From NCBI RefSeq assembly GCF_009914755.1, contig NC_060928.1: a stretch of DNA of 64,000 nucleotides. One strand, given 5' to 3'. The notes under the pieces were generated by a model. That model did no database searches, was not told the origin of the DNA, and worked only from the letters and a program-made list of their open reading frames with translations. A program made the translations under genes and the position numbers. Below are positions 17,188 through 31,690 of the stretch, one piece after another. How positions within the stretch are numbered: the first letter of the stretch is position 1; every line of letters begins with the position of its first letter. The DNA comes from the human T2T-CHM13v2.0 reference genome, Homo sapiens.

Positions 17188-18835
17188 CAAAAAAAGTTTT
17201 TTTAATATAAAGAATATCAGTGACCTGTGGGACAACTGTGTTTATCTGCCAACCCTAACATCTAACTCAGTTCTGGGTTGGTCTCTACTGATTGATTATT
17301 CTCCTTGATATGAGTTGTGTTGTTTCCCTGTTACTTGGCATGCTTGGTAACCTTTGACTGGATACCAACCTAGTTGGAGTTCCCAAAGGAGAGGAGGAAG
17401 CAGCACAGAAAAAAAAAATTTGAATAAATGATGGCAAAAATTTGAATTATAAACCTGCAGACCCAAAAAGCTTAAGAAGCACAAGAAACATGAAGAAACC
17501 CATACCAAGGCATAGCATAATCAAATTGATCAAAATCAGGGTTAAAGAGAAAATCCTAAAAGCAGCCAGAGAGTAAGACGTTTTTATACATGTTATGGAC
17601 AGAGGACTAAAGACAGAGATGACAACAGCTTTTTCATCAGAAAAAAATGCAAGTGAGAAGACAATGGGACATCTTTAAAGAACTGGAAGAAACCTATCAG
17701 TCTAGAATTCTATCCCAAGCAAAAATACCATTTAAAAACAAATGCAAAATAAAGATGTTTTCAGACACACAGAAGCTGAAAGAATTCACCACCAGTAGAC
17801 CTGCACTACAACAAATATTAAAGGAAGTCCTTCAGGCAGAAGGAAAATGATACCGGACGGAAATATGGGTCTTCAAAAAGGAATGAGGAGCATCAGAAAC
17901 ATTAACTACATAGGTAAATATGTTATTTTCCTCTTTATATCTTTTAATAGATAATATTTCAAACAAAATAATCACAATGAATTGTGGAGTTTATAACATA
18001 TGTAAAAGTAAGATATATACAATAGCATGTAGGCCAGGAAGGGAAGTATACTACTGTGAAGATTTTCTCTTGCTATACGTAAGGTGATATAATGTCACTT
18101 GAAGATAGCTTGTATAAGTCAACCATATACACTATAACTCTAATATAACTCCTAAAACAAAAAAGATAATATAATTCTTTATTATATTGTTATCTAACAA
18201 TTGTTAATTGTTAGCTATAAATCTTTGTTTTGTTGTTTTAGAAGTTCTATTGGGTTATAGAAAATATAATTCTATTGAAATCACAGAAAATACTCAGTCC
18301 CAAAGAAGACAGAAACAAATAGCATATCAATAATCACATTAAATGCAAATGTTCTATATATCCCAAATAAAATCAGATTGTTGGATTGGATTAAAAATCA
18401 TGATACTATTATATTCTGCCTACAAAAGAAGTACATTTAATATAGACACACATGTAATAAAAGTAAAGGGATGGGAAAATGTATGCCATGTTAACAATAA
18501 TTTTTTAAAGGTGGAGTGACTATACGAATATCACATAAAATGTATTTTAGAGCAAAGAATATTAACAGGGATAAAATGGCTATTTCATTATGAAAAGGGT
18601 CAATTAGCCAAAAGGATATAAAAATCCTAAATGTTTAAGCTTCGAATAACAGAGCTTAAAAATACATAAAACAAAAACTGATGGGATTGCAAGGAGAAAT
18701 AGACAAATCCAAAATTACAGCTGGAAATATCAACACTCTTCACTCAGTAATTGGTAGAATAAACAGAAAATCAGTAGAGATGTAATAGGTTTGAACAGCA
18801 GTAAAACCAATTTGACCAAATTGAAATTTTTAGAC

Positions 18836-18946
18836 TAGAATTACCAATTATCCAAGTCTGCATGAGACAAGAGAGTTTCCCAGAAGGTAGACTTTTCAGT
18901 GCTAAAACCAAAAGAATCCTAGGCAAAGTAGAATAGTTGGTCACCC
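18836..18946. mobile_element. MER81/MER94-like hAT-Blackjack MITE
   Basis: acttttcagtgctaaaacc...ggcaaa...agttggtcaccc terminus. Confidence 0.6.
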
Positions 18947-19252
18947 AACATAGATCTGAACAGCAATAGAATACACATTCTTCTCAAATGCATGCAGAAC
19001 ATGTACCAAACTAGACCGTATTTTGGTCCTTGAAACCAAATTTTAATACATTTTAAAGGATTCTAGTTCATTGGAAGATGCTGAAGGACAGAAAGAAGAA
19101 GGTGGATAGCCTAGGATCACAGGACTTGAGGAATGACATGGTGGTGGTGAGTTTCCTCCATATATTCTGAACAGGGTGCTCCAGACGCCTCCAACCAGAA
19201 CCACAAATGGACACTGACAAAAAAATAAAATACCTTTAAGAAAAGCATGCTC

Positions 19253-20913
<1,661 letters not shown>

Positions 20914-21796
20914 AAGAAAAGCATGCTCTCCTTAGCCAAAAAATTGAGAAAGAGGTGGACTAACACCTGAAAACCTTGTGGCAATACTTTCATTACTCCA
21001 GCCAAATATCAATACAAAAACACCCACAATCAAGCAGGGAGTTGATCTTCCACCTCAGAGAAGCAGGAAGCACTTTTTAATTCTTCTGCTGGGTGGTGTT
21101 AGCAAGGCCAAGTGTGGATCTAATTTACCATCTTCTGCCTGGTGGGAGTAGGAACACCAATTTCTCTGCCAAGGTAGGTCAGTAAGACTGAACAGAGAGT
21201 TGATCCTCCACTCCCCACCTGGCCAAAGTAGGTCGTTTTTCAATCACCAAAGCCAGGGTAGTGGCAGCAGCATTTATGGGTGAACAGAGCCTCCACCCCC
21301 ATCCAGCAGCAATGAAACTTAACAAGGCAGTTTGGGTAGTCGCCACTAGGATTCACACACACACTCTCAGTGTCAGCAGAACCACACAAGGAGGTGAGCC
21401 TCCACCCTCACCCAACATAAACAAGGTGGTGCAAAGCAAGGTAGTTGACACTCTACTTCCTCTCTCCCCTGGAGTCAGTGGACCCAATGGGGATCTGAGT
21501 TTATGTTCCCACTCACTCAATGGCAACAAGGTGGTACAAGTCAATGTCTCACTTTTTCTGGGAAGGTGTTAGTGAAGCCCAGCAGGGAGTTGCATGCATA
21601 CTTACCTAGTCATCAATTTATATCTCAATAAAAGACAATAGATACCAATACTGAAATGAATGAGATGTTGGAGTTATCTGGCAAAGATTTTAAGGCATTC
21701 GTCATGAAAATGCTTTAACAAGCAATTACAGTTTATCTTGAAACAAGTAAAGAATATAACATTTCAGCAAAGAAATGATTTATAAAACAGAGCCAA

Positions 21797-22122
21797 GCCA
21801 GGCACAGTGGCTCATGCCTATAATCCTAGCACTTTGGGAGGCCAAGGTAGGAGGATCCCAAGCACTTTGGGAGGCCAAGGCAGGAGGATGGCTTGAGCCT
21901 AGGAGTTCAAGGCCAGCCTGGGAAATATAGTGAGATTCTATCTCTACGAAAAATTTTTAAAATCAGCTAGTTGTGGTGGCATATGTCTGTAGTTCCAGCT
22001 ACTCAGAAGTGAGATGGGAGGATCGGTTGAGCCCAGGAGGTGGAGGCTGGCATGAGAAGTGATCACACTACTGTACTCTAGCCTGGGCAACAGAGTGAGA
22101 CCCTATCTAAAAAAAAAAAAAA
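21797..22122 (+). mobile_element. AluJ-like with internal duplication
   Basis: gcttgagcctaggagttcaag, gtgagaccctatct; TSD agagccaa. Confidence 0.93.
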
Positions 22123-23689
22123 AGAGCCAAATGGAAATTACAGAATTAAAAAATACAATAACCAAAATAAAAAGTCCACTGTATGGCCTCAGTAGTAGAA
22201 TGGAGATGACAGGATAGAATCAATGAACCTAGGAACAGAATTTACCCTGTCCAAACAACGGACAAAAAATAAACTGACAAAAATGAACAGAACCAACTGT
22301 GTTCCTGGCTACTGTAAAATTAAATTTGAAACGAATGACAGAAAAATCTGTAGAAAATTCCTCAATATTTGAAACTAAATAACATACTTCTAAATAACAT
22401 GGGTCAATTAAGTTAGAAAATATTTTGAACTGAATGAAACTGAAAACACAACTTATCAGAATTTGAGATACCCCTAAAGCAATATTGACCTGTGGGACAA
22501 TAACTAAAGAATTGTTATTTATATCACCAAGAGACCCAGAAGGAGAGAATAGTGAAAGTGGAATTGAAAAAATGTTTGAAATACTAATGGCTGAAAACTC
22601 CCCGAATTTAGCAAAAGACATGAACTTACACATTCATGAAGCTAAGGGAATCCCAAATACAATAAACCCAAAGAAATTCATGCCAAAACACATCATAATT
22701 ATTCTTCTGAAAGCCAAAGACAAATTTTAAAATCTTGAAGACAGCTAAAGATAAATGACACAATACTAATAGAACACCAATTCAAAGACAGTAGGTTTCT
22801 CATCTGAAATCATGGAAGTCAGAAAGAACTGTACTTGCTTCAAGTCTGGAAAAAAAGACTGCAAATTTTGTCTGATGAAAAAATCCTTAAGGAATAAAGG
22901 AAAAATTAAAACATTTTCAGATAAAAGAATTTCTTCCTGACTGTCCTTAAAAATGGTAAAAGGAAGTTCTCTAAGCAGAAAGAAAATGATAATAGAAGAC
23001 AGTTTTGAACTTCAGAAGGGAAAAAACATTGGAATTTGGAATGGATAAAATTGGGGATAAATAAAACATGGTACTATATTAGAAGCAATAGATTACTTCT
23101 TATGAATTTCTTAAATTATATTTGATGGTTGAAGCAAGAATTATAACATTTTATGTGTTAATTAGTGTACGTAGAGAAAAACATAGCACAATTTTTTTTT
23201 AAGTGGAGAGGATAAAGAGACCTAAATGCAAGTAAATTTTCTACTCTCAGATGGGAAAACACCTATAGCAGCAGACTGTGATAAGCTACATATATATTGT
23301 AATACCTAGAACAACTACTAAAAATCTATAAAAAGATTCAAGTCATGCCAAATATGTTCTCTGACCACAGTGGAATTAAATTTGAAGTTAACGACAGAAA
23401 AATCTCTGGAAAATTCCCCAATGTTTCAAACTAAATAACACACTTGTAAATAACATGGATCAAAATTAACAATTAAATTAGAAAGTATTTTGAACTGAAT
23501 ATAACTGAAAACAGAACATATAAGAATTTGAGATATTCCTAAAGCAATAATTAGGGAAAAATTTGTAACACTAAACACGTACTTTAGACAAGAAGAAAGA
23601 AGATCTCAAATCAGTGACTTCAGCTTCTACCTTGAGAAACTAGAAAAACAAGGGCCAATTAACTGAAAGTAATCCAGGACTACCTCCCT

Positions 23690-24019
23690 GAAAAGCTGCG
23701 CTCTAGTCAGGAGTAGGCCGAGGCGGCCTTCTGACACAGCATGACTCAGCAGGTTTGGAGTGCAGGCGCAAAACCCCGCACGTTATGTAACCATGCCATG
23801 TGAGGTGCATTAGGTGATCACCCACGTAAGCTCATGCTTGGCTTGGAGCCACTATTATCTGTAAATTTATAATTACCCTGCTAATACTGTACATATGGCT
23901 CAATTACAGCCAGAGAGAGAGTAAAGCCATGTCAAAACTGTCTACGATTCCTCAAGTGTTTTTCCAGCTACCCACCACTTGCCCACCGACTCCCCTTGGA
24001 CCTCAGTTGGAACCTGACA
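23690..24019 (+). repeat. 5' LTR (LTR18-like)
   Basis: Aligns with 29271-29585; ends ...ggaacctgaca; poly(A)-signal-like agtaaa. Confidence 0.9.
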
Positions 24020-24021
24020 AT

Positions 24022-24039
24022 TGGCATCACAAACAGGAT
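24022..24039 (+). other. Primer binding site, tRNA-Ser(CGA)
   Basis: tggcatcacaaacaggat matches TGGCGTCACGAACAGGAT (complement of the tRNA-Ser(CGA) 3' end as recalled) with two CpG-type G>A changes; 2 nt after the LTR. Confidence 0.85.
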
Positions 24040-24740
24040 CCCGAGCTGTTGCAGGTGAGTATGTGGTTGGCACAAGGGCAACGTGACCACACCCTGGTTG
24101 AGTGGCTATGGGCAGCTATATAGACTGTGTGGAACGACACTGGTGAAATACCCAAAATCATGAGTAAATGGCAGTCATATGCCAAATTGGTGCAAGTCAT
24201 CCAGGAAATGGGTATGCGGCAGGCTATGTTTGACCTGAATACCCAGGGGCCAGATGATGAACGTGTCACCTCCCACAGAAGGGATCTCATGTGGGGTTCT
24301 GTGTCCCCAAGTGCCTTTGGCTCCCTAGCTGTTGTCCTTACCCCATATATAGGGCACCACATACATGAAGTGACCACTGCTATGGTGGCTCTTGGGCAAG
24401 CAGAAGTCTGTCAGTGGGACTGAAGGGTCTGGGATGTAAAGAAGGGGAAGATGCTCCACCCACAGTGGCCCCCTGACAGGAGAAAAGAGGGCCCCAACAA
24501 GTGACACACTCACAGATGTGGATAGATTTGATTTTTGTCAGGGTTGACCAAGAGAAAATCGGTAAGCAGTTCAATGAAATTCTCTTAAATTTGTGGAGAC
24601 AGTTGTCTCTGGAGCAGCAATTTCAGAAAATGCCCAAGGGGGAGAAGGACATTGCTGCATGACCTGGTCCTGCCCAGGCACTTCAGTTCAAAGACAACTT
24701 GCTGCAGCCAGGTAGAAATGTAGAGCCTTTTCTGTTTGAT
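24040..24740 (+). pseudogene. ERV gag remnant (apparently lacking its 5' part)
   Basis: Broken frame LVEWLWAAI*TVWNDTGEIPK...KWQSYAKLVQVIQEMGMRQAMFD between PBS and protease. Confidence 0.65.
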
Positions 24741-27700
24741 TAGGGAACTGGCCAAAGTGCCTAGCTTTGGGGAAACACTGGGCGACTGGAGGCCACATGT
24801 GGAATTAGCAATCCACTGGTCCCCCACCAATGTGCGGTGGGTGCTGATGCTGGTGGATACTGGTGCAGATTGCAGCCTCATTTATGGGAACCCAGATAAG
24901 TTTCTGGGAAAACCTGCTTTCATTGACAGTTATGGAGGACGGTCAGTGAAAGTGAAACCTGTATCTCAGCACCCTGACATCGGCTGTTTGGCTGCCTGTT
25001 TATATACTGTGTATGTCTCTCCCATACCAAAATACATTCTGGAGGTGGATATTTTGCATGGCCTGGCATTACAAGCCATGGCCAGGGAATTCGGACTGAG
25101 TGCATGTGACGGACATATGCATCACCAGCCTCAGGTCCTGCCACAACCACGATGGGTTACTTCCACCCATCAATACCATTTGCTGGGTGGGTATACAGAG
25201 ATAACTGAGACAATTAAAAAGCTGGAGGAGGTGCAGAAAATGTGTGGCACCCACAGCACCTACAATTCTCTGGTGTGGGCAGTTAGAAAGCCTGATGGAA
25301 CTTGGCAGATGACGGTGGACTATCAGGAACTGAATAAAGTAACACCCCCTTCGCATGCAGCTGTACCATCAATCATGGATTTGATAGCCAATTTGATGAC
25401 AGAACTGGGACAGTACCACTATGTAGTGGACTTGGCCAACGCATTTTTCTCCACAGACATCAGTCCAGAGAGCCAGGAACAGTTCACCTTCATGTGGGAT
25501 GGGCAACGATGGACTTCTACAGTGTTGCTGCAGGGCTATGTGCATAGCCCCACCATATGTCATGATCTAGTTGCCACAGACTTAGTCACCTGGCAATGTC
25601 CAGAAGGGGTCTAGCTATTCCATTATATTGATGATATTATGTTAACCTCTGATTCTCTTGCAGATTTAGAAGTGGCGGCGCCCCTCTTGCAGCAACATTT
25701 GGCAGCGTGTGGTTGGGCTGTCAATGAATCCAAGGTCCAAGGGCCTGGATTATCTACCAAATTCTTGGGAGTTACTTGGTCAGGTAAGACAAAGGCCATC
25801 CCAGAGGCTATCATTGATAAGATTCAGGCATATCCCAGGCCCACCATGGTGAAGCAGCTGCAAACTTTTTTGGGCCTCCTGGGTTACTGACAGTCATTTG
25901 TGCCCCATTTAGCCCAGATGATAAAACCACTGTATTGGTTAACAAAGAAGGGAGTTATCTGGGATTGGGATGATGCAGCTGAGACTGCCTTCCTGGCAGC
26001 CAAACGGGCTATTCAACAGGCATGAGCCCTACAGGTCGTTGACCAGGGGCTCCCATTTGAGCTGGATGTGCATGTGACCACAGATGATTTTGGTTGAGGC
26101 CTGTGGCAGTGCACGGGGTGCTTGAAAATGCTAGGAGGCTTTTGGTCCCAACTATGGAAGGGAGCTGAGCTCCAGTATTCCTTGAAAGAGAAACAGCTAG
26201 CACCTGTATATGCCGTCCTTGAGGCTTGTGAGAGTGTGACAGGATGGGCTGCAGTCATTGTGCAGACGACTTACCCAATAGCAGGAATGGATGCATTCAC
26301 GGGTAACAAATTCCCAGACTGGGACATTGCAGACATCCACTTTGGCAAAGTGGGGTACCTACTTGGAGCAGCAGAGTACGCTGAGTACAAGTCCCTTAGC
26401 AACAGAGTTGTAAGAGGTCTTGGGACCTGTAGTCCTAATGCAAGATAAGGCCATGGGGCCCGAGGCACCCCTAGACCCTGAGCCTTCGCCATTTAAGGAA
26501 TTGGGTCCCCTCATTCCCAGTGGGTCATGGTACAAAGATGGGTCTAGCCAAGGTGTTACTGCTGCCTAGACTGCTGTTGCAGTCCAGCCTAGTACTAACA
26601 CCATACGGTTTGAAACCAGGTGTGGACAGAATAGCCTATTGGGCAGTATGGATGGTGATCACCAAGGAGGTGACACCTATGGTAATCTGCACCGATAGCT
26701 GGGTTGTCTATTGGGGCTTAACCTTGTGGTTAACTACCTGGAAAATACAGAAGTGGCTAGTTGGCCACCAACCCATTTGGGGGCAATCCATGTGGTACAA
26801 CCTCTGGGAAATAGGTCATCAGAAAGAGATAACTATTTATCACGTGTCAGGCCATATTCCTTTGGCCACCACTGGCAATGATGAGGTAGATGCCCTGGTG
26901 AAGGTCCAATAGTTAGAGCTGGCACCTACATGAGATATGACCTTGTGGCTACACCAGAAACTGGGACATGCGAGGGGTAAACTGATGAGACAGATCAATA
27001 AGCATTTGAGCCTGTCCCTGCCCATGCAAGACATTTGGGAGGCTTGTTAGAAATGCCTGGCATGTGCTCAGGCATACCCTAAACAGAGGCAGCTGCCCAG
27101 TGTTACACAAGTAACGATAGGGTGAGTGCCCTTGACCAGGTGGTAAGTAGACTAAATCCAGCCACTGCTGAAGTCACAAGGGTATATGCATGCGCTAACA
27201 GCTGTGGACACAGGCCTGTTGTTCATCTACCCTTGCAGGGTGGCCAACCAACAGAACACCATCTGGGCCCTGCAACATTTATGTGGCCTGTATGGTTGCC
27301 TTCTGGCCATTGAGAGTGATAGGGGAACACATTTCACTGGAAAACAGGTACAATAATGGGCACAACAAATGGACATAAAGTGGGGATTCCATGTGCCATA
27401 CATCCTACAAGCCCCGAGTATAATTGAGCGATATAATGAACTCTTGAATAATGGGTTACCCTCATATGTCACACCCCTGTCTTTGCAGGGCTGGAGTTCC
27501 AAGCTGGACCTGGTGCTCCTAACCTTGAACGAACGGCCACAGAAAGGCAGCCAGACCCCAGTGGAGGCTTTGTTACACCAGGGCACTGCCCCCACTCAGT
27601 TGCAGATACATTCCAAGGATGACCTCCTTCGACCAGGTATGGGGACGAATGGTAACCTGCTGGTGGCTGCTCCAGCTCCCCTGAAAGCAGTGGAACAGAA

Positions 27701-27760
27701 AACCTGGCTGTGGCCCTGTACCCTCCAAGCCTGCACAGCCAGTGGTTGGCCATTGTAGCT
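24736..27760 (+). pseudogene. ERV pro-pol (protease, RT, RNase H, integrase) with stops and frameshifts
   Basis: LVDTGA; KPDGTWQMTVDYQELN; VVDLANAFF; QGYVHSP; HYIDD at 25621-25635; CTDSW...HVSGH...GNDEVD (RNase H); WLHQKLGH, SDRGTHF, IERYN (integrase). Confidence 0.92.
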
Positions 27761-28048
27761 CCCTTGGGGGAGGGCCTACAGTGTGACTTGCATTTCACTC
27801 CTTCGGTGTTCAATACATGGCCCCTGCAGTTGACTGTTCATAGGCGAAAGGCCAGGGAAAGAACTCTCCTCTGGGGGACATATGTACTGTCTGTGCCACC
27901 TATTATGAGCTCCCCATGACTTTGGCACAGATACAGGACTCAAAGGAACCGTGGGGAGCTGAGGTGTGGTTTTGCCCATGGCAAAAACCCTTGGTGGCTG
28001 CACTGTTATCCAGGGATGAAAGGTTAGCCTATATTTTGCCTGAGGGAC

Positions 28049-29204
28049 GTGCTTTACCTCCATCAGTATCTGTGCCTACTCAGTCATTTCCGTCATAGGT
28101 TAACATGCTCCAACTGCATTGTGGACTCAGCCCACACCTACACTGAGATGACCGGTGTTTCCAGCTGTTGGATCTGCACCACCTTTCCAGCAACAGCTGT
28201 GGATGGCTGGCCTCGGCACATACATTCAGCATCTGCAGACAACTGCACATGGCTGGAGACTTGGACACCTGTGGCTGATGCCTGGAACGCAATGCAGCAA
28301 ATTTTGGACAAAGGACACCTCAAGACCCAAGGTGCACCCACCCCCTGGCTAGCCTGTAGCATTTATGATGGGTGGGGCTGGCTACTGGGGGAACGTGTAG
28401 TACCTCCAGCCCAGGCATCATGGTGCACTGAGAAACACTGGGGTAACACCACTGAGGAGTGGGTACCCGTCATGGCTTGTGTGAACATAACACATGTCAC
28501 TACACCAAAGGTATAGTGACAAGGTGGTGGAACAAGAAGCCCCACCAACATCACGCCCTAATGGATTTTGTGCCCCCTGGCAGTCTATGGGTCTGTAGTG
28601 ACACAGGGTGGCCTTACCAACCAGTGGACTGGACTGGATGTTGTACCTGGGGGTGGCCTCATGTACCTGGCACTGTTCTCCCCATGTTGCCCAGACTCCC
28701 ACATACCTGGGAGGCACTACTCTCTTGGGTTTTGTGAGTGCAATGAGCCCCCTGGTGGTCCTACCCCTTGGCAATGACTATCCCTGGAGTGGGTGTCAAA
28801 ACTGTAGAAGCACAAGTTACTGCTCTTGCAGAGCACACCACCAGGGCTCTGAATTACACCCGAGTGGCCCTCATCCTGTTATGGATGAGGTTGATCAGAT
28901 GAGAAAGGTGGTGTTGCAAAACTGAATGGCCTTTGACATAATAACTGCTGCCCAAGGAGGCACCTGTGCCCTTTTAGGAACACAATGTTGTACCTTTATC
29001 CCTGACAATTGGCAGAATATAACAGCAGCCCTGCAAAGGGTCTCATGGGAGATTAAGGTGGTCAAGACCCTTACTGACGACCCCCTACAGAGTTGGTGGG
29101 CATCTCTAGGCTCTGGCCTATGCTGGGTCCTAATAGTCATAAGTAGCATAGCTGGGATCCTAGTAGTGAGTTGTTGCTCTCTGTGTTGTTGTTGTGGGTT
29201 ATGA
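28049..29204 (+). pseudogene. ERV env (SU/TM), gamma-type TM, disrupted
   Basis: CWIC motif; decayed furin site; VLQN*MAFDIITAAQGGTCALLGTQCC (ISD-like + CX6CC); hydrophobic anchor CWVLIVISSIAGILVV. Confidence 0.88.
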
Positions 29205-29270
29205 ATTCAGGGCTCTGCCCTATGGGCTTGTGTCCTTGCCCGGGGGACGCCCTCGGCCTGGGAGGTGGAG

Positions 29271-29585
29271 TATGAGGGAGATGACTGCACTTTAGTCAGG
29301 AGTAAGCCAAGGCAGGCTTCCAGTGCAGCATGATTCAGCAGGTTAGGAGTGCAGGTGCACAACCCTGCACATTATGCAACCTTGCCACATGAGGCACGTT
29401 AGGTGGTCACCCACATGAGCTTGTGCTTGGCTTGGAGCCACTATTGTCTGCAAAAGGTATAATTACCCTGCTAATGCTGTACGTTCGGCTCGCTCCTGCC
29501 CAGGGAGAGAGTACAGCCATGTAGAAGCTGTCTATGATTCCTCGAATGTTTTCCCAGCTATCTGCCACTCACCCACCAACTCCCT
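29271..29585 (+). repeat. 3' LTR (LTR18-like), 3' end missing; preceded by polypurine tract gggaggtggag
   Basis: Homologous to the 5' LTR up to ccaactccc, then switches to a MER39/34-like LTR. Confidence 0.9.
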
Positions 29586-29586
29586 T

Positions 29587-30108
29587 CCTCTTGGCAAGGA
29601 CATTCTAAAGTTAACCTGAAAAACAAACTAGTTCAGCCCATGATGGGAAGAGGGGGCCAGATATGCCTCATTATACCATCCTCTCTTTTAGAACTACTGA
29701 TAGAACAGACTCTTTAAGTCTGATAAGAAACGTTTACAATCTATTATCTTTGAAACATACTACCTAGAGGCTTCATCTGCATAATAAAACCTTGGTCTCC
29801 ACAACCCCTTATCATAATCCAGACATTTCTTTCTATTGAAAATAAGTCAACCAGTTGCTGATCAAAAAATCTTTAAATCTTCATGACTTGGAAGCTCTCA
29901 CTTCCAGTTGTCCCACCTTTCCAGAACCAACCAAGGTACATCTTACACATATCAATCGGTCCCTTATGTCTCCCTAAAATATATAAAACCAAGTTGTGGC
30001 CCAACCACCTTGGGCACATTCTCAGAATCTATGGAGGACTGGTCACTCATTTTCACTCAGAATAAATCTCTTCAAACATTCCACAGAGTTTGACTATTTT
30101 CACAGACA
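29587..30108 (+). mobile_element. MER39/MER34-group ERV1 LTR, 5'-truncated
   Basis: gactctttaagtctgataagaaac; end ggtcactcat...cagaataaatctcttcaaa...agtttgactattttcacagaca. Confidence 0.75.
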
Positions 30109-30179
30109 GAGGGAAGGATGACAAAGGGACACAGGAAAACCCTGGCTATCATGAACTTGTTTGCTGTGTTGATTGTGGT

Positions 30180-31283
<1,104 letters not shown>

Positions 31284-31404
31284 TGGTGGTGGTCCCATGG
31301 GTGTACACATATGTCAAAACTTATCCAATTGTACACTTTAAGTATATGGAGTTTACTGTATATCAACTGTACCTCAATAAAGTGCATTTAAAAAAAGTCT
31401 GGAG

Positions 31405-31690
31405 AAAAAGAAGTCCCCTTTTGTTTGCACTTGGAGCTGTGATTAAGCATGCCTGAGGCTACTGGCAGCTATCTTGACATTGTGAGGAGAAAACATGCTT
31501 GAGAGTGAGGCCAACCCAGAGGATAAAAAGAACTGAAAAAGGCCAGAGTTAGACCAGATTCCAGCCATCCATTGGTACTGGATCCAGCTGTGCCTACAGC
31601 AGTCTCTGGAATTTTTGCTCATTGAGACAATACGTGTGTGTGAGTGTATGATTAACCCGGTCTGAACTGAGTTTTGTTGGTTACAACTGA
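31405..31690 (+). mobile_element. Old MLT1 LTR fragment
   Basis: ggcagctatcttg, ctggatccagctgtgcct, tctgaactgagttttgttggttacaactga. Confidence 0.55.

Larger units (their letters stand above)
23690..29585 (+). mobile_element. HERV-S / HERVL18 (class III) provirus with LTR18-type LTRs, defective
   Basis: Two homologous LTRs, tRNA-Ser PBS, gag remnant, protease DTGA, RT, RNase H, integrase, env TM and PPT in order. Confidence 0.9.

Noticed and set aside
21040-21600. Degenerate ~60-70 nt repeats containing ctccacc, superficially array-like
   Set aside because: Too diverged, with no constant repeat and unique spacer structure; lies in an old L1 5' region. Not CRISPR.
24736-29204. Domesticated retroviral gene (syncytin-like env or intact pol)
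   Set aside because: Multiple stops and frameshifts, including just before the YIDD motif, in the furin site and in the ISD.
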